DNA of 43,971 nt, taken from Candidatus Acidiferrales bacterium. GTDB lineage: Bacteria > Desulfobacterota > Binatia > Binatales > Binataceae. The stretch lies in the NCBI GenBank assembly GCA_035602775.1, contig DATNLS010000030.1, forward strand, positions 1 to 43,971. The letters run 5' to 3'. Positions 1 to 9,487 of this stretch are shown piece by piece (the first letter of the stretch is position 1; each line of letters begins with the position of its first letter). Below the pieces are notes generated by a model that did no database searches, was not told the DNA's origin, and saw nothing but the letters and a program-made list of their open reading frames with translations. Position numbers and translations under genes: made by a program.

Positions 1-846
1 CCGAAGAAAGACATCCCTCGCGGCGTATTGCTCTCGCTAACTATCCAAGGTCTGTTCTGTTACATGTTCGAGTACTTCGCGGCTAACTACTTCATGAGTA
101 GCGCCTATAGCCTTGCCGACGCGAAAGGATCCGCGGCGCCGATTGGCGACATGATGACGATCATCGGCAATGCCCTGCTAGGAGGCCATGGCCAGGCGTT
201 CATGATGCTCGAAGCACTTACGGTGTTCCTGGCGTTGATAGGCACGACACTTAGCTGTATCAACACCGGCGCCCGCGTGACTTATGCAATGGGCCGCGAC
301 TCCGAAGTACCAGAGCACTTCGGGATGTTGCACGGCGAGAACCTGACCCCGCATCGCACGATTTGGACCCTCGCGGCGATTTCGGCAGTTCTGGGCGCAT
401 ATGCCGCGCTTTATTTCTTCGCCGGCTCTTCCGCACCGGACGACAAGACGATTGCCACTCTGCCGAAGAATCTGTGGTACGCGATCGGAATGAGCTCGAA
501 CGCATCGCTGGCGGCTCTGCCCAACGGACTGGCGCTGGTCACTCTGATCTCAAACTTCGGAACGTTTATCGTCTATGGATTGACGAACGTCTGCTGCATC
601 GTGGCGTACCGCGAGCATCATATGTTCCATGGTGTGAAGCACATGATCATCCCAATCTTCGGCGCGCTGGCGAACTTCGCCTGCATGGCGTTCTACATCA
701 TTGGACCGATGGAAGGGCTCGGCAGCGTTAAAGAGCCGCTGATGGCAGTTGGAATCGCGGTGTTGTGGGGAGCCTACGGCGCCTTCTACTTCACCCGTAA
801 TTCTAAAAAGCTCGGAAGGAGTACGCTCTCGGCTAAAGTTGCCTGA
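1..846 (+). CDS. APC-superfamily amino acid/polyamine permease, C-terminal part (5' end lies outside the window)
   Basis: The reading frame is open from nt 1 (PKKDIPRGVLLSLTIQGLFCY...), so the listed TTG at 28 is internal. Several G/A-rich hydrophobic helices typical of APC permeases. Stop TGA at 844-846. Confidence 0.75.
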   Translation, partial: PKKDIPRGVLLSLTIQGLFCYMFEYFAANYFMSSAYSLADAKGSAAPIGDMMTIIGNALLGGHGQAFMMLEALTVFLALIGTTLSCINTGARVTYAMGRDSEVPEHFGMLHGENLTPHRTIWTLAAISAVLGAYAALYFFAGSSAPDDKTIATLPKNLWYAIGMSSNASLAALPNGLALVTLISNFGTFIVYGLTNVCCIVAYREHHMFHGVKHMIIPIFGALANFACMAFYIIGPMEGLGSVKEPLMAVGIAVLWGAYGAFYFTRNSKKLGRSTLSAKVA

Positions 847-867
847 TCGAAAATCTGTGCCTCCGCT

Positions 868-932
868 GTGCGGGCTGGCCTCACCATCAAAGGTCTTACG
901 GGGACCGGTGGGACCGCCCGCACGGTATTTTT
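868..932 (+). terminator. Candidate Rho-independent terminator after the permease gene
   Basis: GTGCGGGC (868-875) pairs with GCCCGCAC (916-923). The stem extends via GGCCTCACC (877-885) pairing with GGTGGGACC (907-915), with one mismatch and one G.U. GGTATTTTT (924-932) follows immediately. Confidence 0.5.
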
Positions 933-973
933 CAGGACGGCATTTCAGGCCCGGGAGCGGAGAGGACTTACTC

Positions 974-1201
974 CTATTGAACGACGACTTTTTGTACGCC
1001 AACGATCTTTGCGTCCACGCCGAAGGCGCGGCGTAGGTCTTCAGCTTCCAGCCAGGCCTCTTCCTCGTCGTCCGTTTCAACCAGTAACCCCATCTGCTTG
1101 CCGCCGTAACTGACGCTCACGTAATGCCATTGGGCATCGAGCAAGCCGGGCTCTTGATCAAAGGACTGATTGATTGTCGCCGCGCTGCTGTTTTTGTTCA
1201 T
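974..1201 (-). CDS. Small acidic hypothetical protein (75 aa)
   Basis: ATG start with GAGG about 10 nt upstream. No overlap with neighbouring genes and coding-like codon pattern. No family recognised. Confidence 0.4.
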   Translation of the reverse strand: MNKNSSAATINQSFDQEPGLLDAQWHYVSVSYGGKQMGLLVETDDEEEAWLEAEDLRRAFGVDAKIVGVQKVVVQ

Positions 1202-1441
1202 CTGTCACACGCCTCTAAGGGCTAAGAGTCCAACGTTTCTTTGATCGTGGTAGTCAAATCGCCTGGCTTGAAGGCGGCGATTACCAGCAGGAATTGTTCG
1301 AACGTCATGCCGAGATGGCGAAATCCACCCTGGCAAAAGAGAAACGCGTACAAGTCGAGGACCTCGTCGCGGATAGCCAAGGGGAGGCTCGGAACCGTTT
1401 CCGCAATCGGAAATTCCCGTAGCTCCGGGCCTTCAAATTTT

Positions 1442-2530
1442 TCACCTATGCTCCTGAAACGTCTTGCCGGGACTGGTTGGTTCTTGACCGCTGGTAAGTG
1501 TGAAAGGCTGGCTTCTGGGGACATCCTGGTTTCCTCCCGAAATACGCCGTCCGCTGCTCGAGATGGCTGCGAGCAGGCGCTTCGGATCGCCCAGATCGCT
1601 CCACCTGACTCCGTTGACGGGCAAAACCGAAAACTCAGCCGGAAATTCGGATAGCACCCGGGCGGAGAAATCCAGCGACGGCAGTTGTCGATATATCGTT
1701 CGAACAATTTCATCTTCGGCAGCGCCGCCGAAGAAGGGTTGAACCCCCGAGAACATGCTCCATAACTCGGGCAGCGCCCTCGTCATCAAGGACAGCAGGG
1801 TTGAGGTATTCGCGAGCAGGACAAAGCTGTTCCAGAGATAGTGGCGGTCATAAAGATCGCGCGCCACCTCGGCCGAAGGCTTCTCCAGAAAGCGACGAAT
1901 CCGGCTGATCCTGCCGATTCCGGCAGAGGGCAGCGACAGCGGCGAGCCGGGCTCGATCCATCCATATTGAGTCTCTGGACTATCCGGCGCGATTCCGAGC
2001 AGCACGATCAACTGGGGTGATCGCTCGACCGCACGGAGCGCGCTCGAGACATGCAGCATAAAGATCGAATCGTCACTGACATAGTGGTCGGAGGGAAAGA
2101 TCGCGACGGGGCCTGTGTGCCCGGTCTCGATGAGGCGAAGCAGCGCGCACAGGATCGCCGGCGCGGTTCCGCGGTTCTCGGGCTGAATGAGAAGATTTTG
2201 CCACGGCGTGACGTTGAGCAGAGGCGCGTAAAACTCGCGATGAGAGCGATTCAGCACCGTCAAGGTTTCGGCGGGATGCACCAGCAGCGAGACCCTGCGC
2301 ATGGTCTGCTCGAGCAGCGTGCTGCCCTCGAACAGCGGACAGAACTGCTTCGGTATGTGATGGCCGAAAACCTCGCGGGTGAATGAGCTGAGGCGTACGC
2401 CGTCGCCTCCAGCAAGAATTACTGAGGCATACTTACAATCGTCGAAATTTGAGGTCGTGAGAAAGCGCGGTTCTGGATTTCCGTCGTGGTTAGTCGTGCC
2501 TGCTCCGGGCATTTGACCATCTCCATCCAT
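1442..2530 (-). CDS. Sugar-phosphate nucleotidyltransferase, ManC-like (mannose-1-phosphate guanylyltransferase N-terminal-domain type)
   Basis: VILAGGDGVRL...IPKQF signature (G-x-G-x-R-L plus PKQF) near the N-terminus. GIAPDSPETQYGWIE and WSDLGDP are typical of this family. The start could be the internal Met at MPGAGTT. Confidence 0.8.
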   Translation of the reverse strand: MDGDGQMPGAGTTNHDGNPEPRFLTTSNFDDCKYASVILAGGDGVRLSSFTREVFGHHIPKQFCPLFEGSTLLEQTMRRVSLLVHPAETLTVLNRSHREFYAPLLNVTPWQNLLIQPENRGTAPAILCALLRLIETGHTGPVAIFPSDHYVSDDSIFMLHVSSALRAVERSPQLIVLLGIAPDSPETQYGWIEPGSPLSLPSAGIGRISRIRRFLEKPSAEVARDLYDRHYLWNSFVLLANTSTLLSLMTRALPELWSMFSGVQPFFGGAAEDEIVRTIYRQLPSLDFSARVLSEFPAEFSVLPVNGVRWSDLGDPKRLLAAISSSGRRISGGNQDVPRSQPFTLTSGQEPTSPGKTFQEHR

Positions 2531-2742
2531 GCTCGTTCGGGCGAATCAACAAAATGCTCAGGGTACAAGGCGGCAAATAAGCAATCGACGTGCCGCGAAA
2601 TACTATTGGCGGCATCTACAAAGTGCTGAGGGAGACCAATGTAGTGAGAAGTTTTTTCTTCACTAAGTGTGAACATCTTGCTGCGTGGTGAGTCCTTCCA
2701 TCCGAGGCTCGGGTCGGAATTGCACTTGCCCTCACGCTTAAC

Positions 2743-2781
2743 AGTGATAGGTAATTATTTAATAGTGATATGTAATTATTT
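2743..2781. promoter_or_regulatory. Phased direct repeat (2 x 18 bp, 21-bp period) in an AT-rich island between the divergent nucleotidyltransferase and glgX genes
   Basis: AGTGATAGGTAATTATTT (2743-2760) and AGTGATATGTAATTATTT (2764-2781) match at 17 of 18 positions. By my count nt 2741-2810 hold only 15 G/C in 70 nt, in a roughly 60% GC window. The repeat itself is certain; its function is inferred. Confidence 0.4.
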
Positions 2782-2938
2782 CCGAAGTACTATTAAATTT
2801 GTAAAACTTACCCGCCGATCGTGGAAAACCTTAGGAATTTGCCACCTTATTGTTGGCCTTGCTCTTGCTGATGTGTTCTGGCTCAGCGCCCCGCGCAAAC
2901 AGACAACAACTGCATACTGAGTTATATCTCTTGATCCT

Positions 2939-5077
2939 ATGAATGGCCTAATCAGAACGATGCCCGGAAATCCTTACCCGCAAGGTGCAAACTGGGATGG
3001 GGCGGGTGTGAACTTTTCGCTCTTCAGCGAGAACGCGACCGGCGTAGAGCTTTGTCTCTATGATGATCGCGATGAAAGTGTCGAGACCTACCGGCTGCCG
3101 ATTACCGAGCAGACGGATTGTGTCTGGCATATCTATTTGCAGGGGGCGAAGCCCGGTTTGCGATATGGCTATCGGGTACACGGACCTTACGATCCGAAGA
3201 ATGGGCATCGCTTCAATCCGGCTAAATTGCTGGTGGACCCTTACGCCAAGTCTATCGACGGATTCATGCGCTGGGACGACGCATTGTTCGGCTACACGAT
3301 CGGCCATGCCGACGCAGACTTGAGCCGCGACGATCGCGACAGCGCGCCGTTCGTCCCCAAGAGCGTGGTCGTCGATCCATACTTTGACTGGCGCAACGAT
3401 TCGCAGCTGCACATTCCATGGCACGAGACGATAATCTACGAGCTGCATGTCAGGGGCTTCACGGTGCAGCACCCGGAGATACCGCATGATTTGCGGGGCA
3501 CGTACGCGGGCCTGGCGCATCCGGCGGCGATTGAATATCTCAAGAAACTGGGCATCACCTCGGTCGAGCTGATGCCGATCCACCATTCGGTGGCGGATCG
3601 CCATCTGCTGGAACATGGACTTACCAACTACTGGGGATATAACTCGCTAGGATTCTTCGCGCCCGACGCGCGCTTTTCGGCAGCGGGTTCCGCTGGCGAT
3701 CAGGTGGCGGAATTCAAGAATATGGTTCGCACCCTGCACAACGCCGGTCTCGAGGTAATCCTCGACGTGGTTTACAACCACACTGCGGAGGGCAACCAAC
3801 TAGGCCCGACGGTCTGCTTCAGGGGTATCGACAACACCGCGTACTACCGGGCTGTCGACGGGAATCCGCGCTACTACATGGATTACACGGGATGCGGCAA
3901 CACGTTGAACATGCGGCACCCGCGCGCGCTGCAGTTGCTGATGGACAGTCTGCGCTACTGGGTCACGGAAATGCACGTCGATGGATTCCGATTCGACCTG
4001 GCGGCGGCGTTGGCGAGGGAGCTGCACGAAGTCGATCGCCTGGGCGCGTTCTTCGACATCATTCACCAGGACCCGACTTTGTCGCAGGTAAAGCTAATCG
4101 CGGAGCCGTGGGATTTGGGCGAAGGCGGCTACCAGGTCGGCAACTTTCCGGTGTTGTGGTCGGAATGGAACGGCCGCTATCGCGACTGCGTCCGCGATTA
4201 CTGGCGCGGCTCCGATCAGAGTCTCGCCGAGTTCGCGTCGCGGTTGACCGGCAGTTCGGACCTGTATGAATCGGGCGGCCGCAAGCCCTACGCGAGCATC
4301 AATTTTATAACCGCGCATGACGGCTTCACGCTGAACGACCTGGTCAGCTACAACGAGCGGCATAACGAAAACAACGGCGAGGAGAATCGCGACGGCGAAT
4401 CCAACAACCGCTCATGGAACTGCGGTGTTGAAGGTCCGGCCGGGGACAATCGCGAAGTCGCCAAATTGCGCGCCCGTCAGAAGCGCAATTTTATCGCGAC
4501 GCTGTTCCTGTCGCTGGGCGTCCCCATGCTGCTGGCTGGCGACGAACTCGGCCGCACTCAACGGGGAAACAACAACGCATACTGCCAGGACAACGAGATT
4601 TCGTGGCTGGATTGGGACAACGTAGATCTCAAGCAGCTCGATTTCACCAAAGAGATCATAGAGTTCCGTAAGCAGCATCCTGTATTTTTCCGGCGCAAAT
4701 GGTTCCAGGGAAAATCGATTCGCGGCAGCGACGTGCACGATTTGGCGTGGTTTCGTCCTGATGGAGAGCAGATGTCCGACGAGGACTGGGGCGCCGGTTT
4801 CGCGAAATCGTTGGGCGTGTTCCTCAACGGCGACGAAATCCCCGGGGTTGACCCTGCCGGCCGTCGCATCCTCGATCAATCCTTCTATTTGATCTTTAAT
4901 GCTCATTGGGAACCGGTGGACTTTGTGCTGCCAGCTAAAATCTGGGGACAGAGTTGGAGCCGTGTACTCGACACCCGCAATGGGGCGGCGCCGACCGAGG
5001 ACGTCTGGCAGCGATCCGCCGGAACCAAGCTCAATGTCGAGTCGCGATCGCTGGTTGTGATGAGCCGTGTTGCATGA
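2939..5077 (+). CDS. glgX: Glycogen debranching enzyme GlgX/TreX (GH13)
   Basis: N-terminal PGNPYPQGANWDGAGVNFSLFSENA. GH13 regions: ILDVVYNHT, GFRFDLAAAL, IAEPWD, FITAHDGFTLNDLVSY. Confidence 0.95.
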   Translation: MNGLIRTMPGNPYPQGANWDGAGVNFSLFSENATGVELCLYDDRDESVETYRLPITEQTDCVWHIYLQGAKPGLRYGYRVHGPYDPKNGHRFNPAKLLVDPYAKSIDGFMRWDDALFGYTIGHADADLSRDDRDSAPFVPKSVVVDPYFDWRNDSQLHIPWHETIIYELHVRGFTVQHPEIPHDLRGTYAGLAHPAAIEYLKKLGITSVELMPIHHSVADRHLLEHGLTNYWGYNSLGFFAPDARFSAAGSAGDQVAEFKNMVRTLHNAGLEVILDVVYNHTAEGNQLGPTVCFRGIDNTAYYRAVDGNPRYYMDYTGCGNTLNMRHPRALQLLMDSLRYWVTEMHVDGFRFDLAAALARELHEVDRLGAFFDIIHQDPTLSQVKLIAEPWDLGEGGYQVGNFPVLWSEWNGRYRDCVRDYWRGSDQSLAEFASRLTGSSDLYESGGRKPYASINFITAHDGFTLNDLVSYNERHNENNGEENRDGESNNRSWNCGVEGPAGDNREVAKLRARQKRNFIATLFLSLGVPMLLAGDELGRTQRGNNNAYCQDNEISWLDWDNVDLKQLDFTKEIIEFRKQHPVFFRRKWFQGKSIRGSDVHDLAWFRPDGEQMSDEDWGAGFAKSLGVFLNGDEIPGVDPAGRRILDQSFYLIFNAHWEPVDFVLPAKIWGQSWSRVLDTRNGAAPTEDVWQRSAGTKLNVESRSLVVMSRVA

Positions 5078-7715
5078 ACCGCTATCCACTTACCGCATCC
5101 AGCTGAACAGCGACTTCGGCTTCGACGATGCGGCGAAGATCGTCCCGTACCTGGAAGAACTGGGTATCGACCATCTCTATAGCTCGCCCGGTTTGCAGGC
5201 CGCGCGGGGCAGCACTCACGGCTACGACGTAGTCGATCACACGAAGGTCAGCCGTGAGTTGGGCGGCGATCGCGCGTTCGATCGAATGTGCGACGCGCTC
5301 GAGCGGGCGAAGATGGGCCAGCTGCTCGACATCGTGCCGAACCACATGGCGATCGACCGTGAGAATCCGTGGTGGTGGGACGTGCTGGAGAATGGACCGT
5401 CGAGCGCATACGCGCAATTTTTCGATGTCGATTGGGAGCCGCCGGAACGGCGCATCCACAATGTGGTGCTGATGCCGGTGCTCGAAGATCAGTACGGCAT
5501 CCTGCTTGCGGCGGGAAAACTGAAGGTCGTGCGCGAGGGGGGCAACTTCGAGGTGCGCAACGGCCACGGGGTGTTCCCGGTTGCGCCGCGGTCGCTGTAC
5601 CAGATTCTCGCGCCGGCGGCGGTCAAATGCGACAGCGATTCGCTCGCGTTTCTTGCGGACGGATTCGAGACGTTGCCGTCGCCAGACTTGACCGATCTCA
5701 AGAGCATTACGCGGCGGCATCGCGACAAAAAGCTGTTGGCCGACATGCTGGCAAAGCTGCTGAGCGAGGACGCGGCGGTTGCAGGCGCGATTGATGAAGT
5801 CGTCGCGGGACTGAACAGCGATCCCGATCGACTGCACGAATTTTTCGAGCAGCAGAACTATCGCGTCGCGTATTGGCGCATGGCCAAGCGCGATCTCGGT
5901 TATCGCCGGTTCTTCGACGTCAACTCGCTGGTCGGTCTCAGGATTGAGAACGAGCGCGTGTTCTACGCGACTCATCAGCTGGTGATGCGGTGGGTTTCCG
6001 AGCGGCGTGTATCAGGACTTCGGGTCGATCATCCCGACGGGTTGCGCGATCCGCTGCAATACTTTCAACGCTTGCGGGCGGCATGCCCCGATACCTGGAT
6101 TGTGGCCGAGAAGATTCTACTTGGCTCCGAGAGGCTGCGTGAGTCGTGGCCGATCGAGGGCACCACCGGTTATGACTTTCTGAATGTCGTGGGGCGCTTG
6201 TTTGTCGATCCCGCCGGCGAGCAGCCGTTGACGGACTTCTATCGAGAGTTCACCGGCGAGTCAGCCGACTATGCGGCGCTGGTTCGCGCGCGCAAGCAAT
6301 TTGCGATGCGCGATACGCTGGGCAGCGAGATCAACACGCTCACCGCAATGTTGCTGGATCTGTGCGAAGCTGATCGCCTCTACCGCGACTACACCCGCCA
6401 CGATGCACACGAGGTGATCCGCGCGGCGATGGCGTGCATCCCGGTTTACCGGACATACGTTCGCGAGCCGCACGAAGTCGGTCCGGAAGACGATTGTCAG
6501 ATCGCGGCGGCGATCGAGGCAGCCAAAGCATATCGCGCGGACCTTGACCCGCGCTTGTTCGACTTCCTACGCGATATTCTGTCGTGTCGAACCGGTGCAA
6601 AGATGGGCGCCGAGCTGGCCCTTCGATTTCAGCAGATTTCCGCCGCCGTGATGGCCAAAGGGGTCGAGGACACCGCCTTTTATTCCTTCAACCGCATGCT
6701 CGCGCTCAACGAAGTAGGCGGCGATCCGGATTGTTTCGGCGTGACGCCCTCGGAATTCCTCGCGTGGTGCCGCCGGATGCACCGTCATTGGCCGCACACC
6801 ATGCTGGCGACGTCGACCCACGATACCAAGCGCAGCGAGGACGTGCGGGCGCGGCTTTTCCTGCTCTCCGAGGAGCCTGAGCGATGGAGCCGCGCGGTAA
6901 TGGAATTCGCCGCGATAAACGAGCGTCATCGCAGCGGCGACATGCCGGATCGGAATTTCGAATATCATCTCTACCAGTCGATGGCCGGCGCGTGGCCGAT
7001 CGAAAAATCGCGGCTGCTCGCCTACGCGGAAAAGGCGGCGCGCGAAGCCAAGGTCCATACCTCGTGGACCGATCCGGTGCCGGCGTACGAGGACGCGGTG
7101 CGGAAATTCATCGAGGGCATCTACGGCGATTCGAGCTTCATCGACGCGCTGGACAAGTTCGTCGGCACGGTGATCTATCCGGGACGGATTAATTCGCTCG
7201 CGCAAACGCTGCTGAAAATCACCGCGCCCGGCGTGCCGGATTTCTACCAGGGCACGGAGCTGTGGAATCTCGCGCTGGTCGATCCCGACAATCGGCGCCC
7301 GCAGGATTTCGATCTGCGGCGACGACTGCTCGCCGATCTCAGAAACGCAACGCCCGAACAGGTGATGAAGCGTATCGACGAGGGGATGCCCAAGTTGTGG
7401 CTGATCCGGCAGGCGCTCGCGCTGCGCAAGAGGCATCCCGATTGGTTTGGCTCGCAAGCGGGAATCGAGCCGCTTGAAGTTCGTGGCGAGCGTCGCGATC
7501 ACGTCGTCGCATTCATCCGCGGCCAATCGGTCGTGACGATCGTGCCGCGGCTGGTGGCGAAACTTGGTGGCGATTGGCGCGACACAGAGATAGAAATTCC
7601 GCGCGGCGAGTGGACGAATCTCATGACCGGGGAGCGGCTGCGCGCCAGGCGCATAAAACCTGGCGAGCTGATGCGCCGATTTCCAGTCGCGCTGCTCGCG
7701 CGTGAAGGGACCTAG
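5067..7715 (+). CDS. treY: Malto-oligosyltrehalose synthase TreY
   Basis: STYRIQLNSDFGFDDA...LGIDHLYSSP, GLRVDHPDGL, STHDTKRSEDVRAR, and a length of about 880 aa. Start is GTG 5067 or TTG 5070, overlapping the glgX stop by 11 or 8 nt. Confidence 0.93.
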   Translation: MLHEPLSTYRIQLNSDFGFDDAAKIVPYLEELGIDHLYSSPGLQAARGSTHGYDVVDHTKVSRELGGDRAFDRMCDALERAKMGQLLDIVPNHMAIDRENPWWWDVLENGPSSAYAQFFDVDWEPPERRIHNVVLMPVLEDQYGILLAAGKLKVVREGGNFEVRNGHGVFPVAPRSLYQILAPAAVKCDSDSLAFLADGFETLPSPDLTDLKSITRRHRDKKLLADMLAKLLSEDAAVAGAIDEVVAGLNSDPDRLHEFFEQQNYRVAYWRMAKRDLGYRRFFDVNSLVGLRIENERVFYATHQLVMRWVSERRVSGLRVDHPDGLRDPLQYFQRLRAACPDTWIVAEKILLGSERLRESWPIEGTTGYDFLNVVGRLFVDPAGEQPLTDFYREFTGESADYAALVRARKQFAMRDTLGSEINTLTAMLLDLCEADRLYRDYTRHDAHEVIRAAMACIPVYRTYVREPHEVGPEDDCQIAAAIEAAKAYRADLDPRLFDFLRDILSCRTGAKMGAELALRFQQISAAVMAKGVEDTAFYSFNRMLALNEVGGDPDCFGVTPSEFLAWCRRMHRHWPHTMLATSTHDTKRSEDVRARLFLLSEEPERWSRAVMEFAAINERHRSGDMPDRNFEYHLYQSMAGAWPIEKSRLLAYAEKAAREAKVHTSWTDPVPAYEDAVRKFIEGIYGDSSFIDALDKFVGTVIYPGRINSLAQTLLKITAPGVPDFYQGTELWNLALVDPDNRRPQDFDLRRRLLADLRNATPEQVMKRIDEGMPKLWLIRQALALRKRHPDWFGSQAGIEPLEVRGERRDHVVAFIRGQSVVTIVPRLVAKLGGDWRDTEIEIPRGEWTNLMTGERLRARRIKPGELMRRFPVALLAREGT

Positions 7716-7717
7716 CT

Positions 7718-9487
7718 GTGAGTCGGCGCAGCGTGTGGGCGCCGTCGGCGGCAAGCGTCGCGATGGTGACAGCAAATCGGCGCGTCGAGATGCGTCGTAC
7801 GAGCGGCGGATGGTGGTGCGCCGATCTGAGTCCTGAATTGTCGCGCGCCGACTATGCCTTCAGCCTCGATGGCGGCTCGCCCTTGCCGGATCCGCGTTCG
7901 CCGTATCAGCCTAACGGCGTGCATGAGTTCTCGCGCCCCATCGATCACTCGAGTTTCGAATGGCGTCATGATCGCTGGCAACCCGCGCCGCTGTCGTCGG
8001 CGATCATTTACGAATGCCACATCGGCACGTTCACTCCCGCGGGCACCTTTGACGCTGCCGCCGAGCGATTTGGCTATCTGCGCGATCTTGGCGTCACGCA
8101 CCTAGAGGTGATGCCGGTGGCCGAGTTTTCCGGCGCGCGCGGATGGGGCTATGACGGCGTCGATCTTTTCGCACCGCATCATTCCTACGGCGGCCCCGAC
8201 GCGTTGAAGAGCTTCGTCGATGCGGCGCACGGGCACGGCCTCGGCGTTATTCTCGACGTGGTTTACAATCATCTGGGTCCGGAGGGGAACTATCTCGCCA
8301 AGTTCGGACCTTACTTTACCGACCGCTATCGCACGCCGTGGGGCGACGCCGTCAACTTCGACGATAGAGAGAGCGACGAGGTCCGGCGATTTTTTTGCGA
8401 CAACGCGTTGATGTGGCTGCGCGACTATCGCGTCGACGGGCTGCGGCTGGATGCGGTTCACGCAATTTTCGATGCCTCCGCGATTCCTTTTCTCGAGCAA
8501 CTGGGCGCGGAGGTCCACCAGCTCGAAGCCGAAGTGGGGCGGCATCTGGTGGTGATCGCGGAGAGCGATCTCAACGATCCGCGAATCGTCACGTCGCGCG
8601 AGGCCGGCGGCTTCGGCCTGGACGCGCAATGGAACGACGATTTTCATCACGCGCTGCATACCGTTCTGACTGGCGAGGCGAGCGGCTACCTGGGCGACTT
8701 CGGCACGCTCGCGGACCTCGCGAAATGTCTTACCCGCGGCTTCGTGTACGATGGAAAATATTCGAAGAGTCGGGGGCGCAGGCATGGCAGGCCGGTGCTC
8801 GGACTATCGGCGCATCGATTCGTCGCGTTCACGCAGAATCATGATCAGATTGGTAATCGCGCGCTCGGCGAGCGTCTTGGGCATCTGGTGACGATCGATC
8901 AACTCAAGATTTCCGCGGCGTTGCTCCTCGCCGCGCCGTTCATTCCGATGCTGTTTCAAGGCGAGGAGTGGAACGCGTCGAGCCCGTTCCAATATTTCAC
9001 CGATCATCAGGACTCGGCGCTCGCGGAGTCCGTACGCAAAGGCCGCAGAGCTGAATTCGCTGCTTTCGTCGCCGACGTGTCGGAGGTTCCAGACCCGCAG
9101 GCATCGGAAACGTTCGAGCGATCAAAGCTGGATTGGAATGAGCGCGAGCGCGGAGAGCATCGCGAGATTTTCGAATGGTATCGACAGTTGATCAGTCTTC
9201 GCCGCTGCGTGCGGGATTTTGAGAATGGACAATTCGAGCTCGACGCGGTTAGTTTCGACGAAGCGGCGCGCTGGATCACCCTCAACCGCGGCCAATCGGC
9301 GGTGATTTGCAACTTCGCGCCAACTCCGCAACGCATACCGATCGCGCGCGACGCGATTCGGTTGCGGATAGCGCTCGCGTCCAAAGCGGGAGTTCGGATC
9401 GATGGCACCGAGATCGAAATGCCGCCGGTCGCCATCGCAATCCTGTTAGCGAAAGATCGCGGCCCCATCGGAGGAGCGCTCAGTTGA
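7718..9487 (+). CDS. treZ: Malto-oligosyltrehalose trehalohydrolase TreZ
   Basis: VWAP...V, GVILDVVYNHLGPEGNY, GLRLDAVHAI, IAESDLNDP, FTQNHDQIGNR. GTG start lies 2 nt after the treY stop. Confidence 0.93.
   Translation: MSRRSVWAPSAASVAMVTANRRVEMRRTSGGWWCADLSPELSRADYAFSLDGGSPLPDPRSPYQPNGVHEFSRPIDHSSFEWRHDRWQPAPLSSAIIYECHIGTFTPAGTFDAAAERFGYLRDLGVTHLEVMPVAEFSGARGWGYDGVDLFAPHHSYGGPDALKSFVDAAHGHGLGVILDVVYNHLGPEGNYLAKFGPYFTDRYRTPWGDAVNFDDRESDEVRRFFCDNALMWLRDYRVDGLRLDAVHAIFDASAIPFLEQLGAEVHQLEAEVGRHLVVIAESDLNDPRIVTSREAGGFGLDAQWNDDFHHALHTVLTGEASGYLGDFGTLADLAKCLTRGFVYDGKYSKSRGRRHGRPVLGLSAHRFVAFTQNHDQIGNRALGERLGHLVTIDQLKISAALLLAAPFIPMLFQGEEWNASSPFQYFTDHQDSALAESVRKGRRAEFAAFVADVSEVPDPQASETFERSKLDWNERERGEHREIFEWYRQLISLRRCVRDFENGQFELDAVSFDEAARWITLNRGQSAVICNFAPTPQRIPIARDAIRLRIALASKAGVRIDGTEIEMPPVAIAILLAKDRGPIGGALS

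Noticed and set aside
1222-1713. 163-aa ORF overlapping the 3' end of the ManC-like gene
   Set aside because: Its N-terminal two thirds overlap a well-supported gene in another frame. Only the last 50-100 codons could be real, and no good start or SD supports them. It is kept as a low-interest finding and not listed as a feature.
2669-2920. 83-aa ORF (and 2419-2676 on the minus strand) spanning the AT-rich glgX upstream region
   Set aside because: It crosses the 21% GC island and has atypical composition, no SD and no recognisable domain. The region is better explained as regulatory DNA.
6567-7775. Long antisense or out-of-frame ORFs. Examples: 6567-7775 minus (402 aa), 5082-5975 minus, 8102-8785 minus, 22258-23421 plus (387 aa), 26340-27323 minus, 27151-28566 minus (471 aa), 28954-30528 plus (524 aa), 33441-34337 minus.
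   Set aside because: Each lies entirely inside a strongly supported gene on the other strand or frame. All are Arg/Pro/Ala-rich with no recognisable motifs. This is the usual stop-codon-poor shadow effect of high-GC DNA.
9307-9483. Upstream extensions of the longest-ORF models: GH15 from 9307, permease from 13202, permease from 12447, panB from 37780, panC from 38550, MBL from 35893, SDR to 34294, GT4 to 32454.
   Set aside because: The extensions run inside the preceding gene or through a terminator hairpin, encode Arg-rich nonsense, and are not needed for the conserved domains. Starts at NTGA overlaps or at SD-preceded ATG codons fit better.
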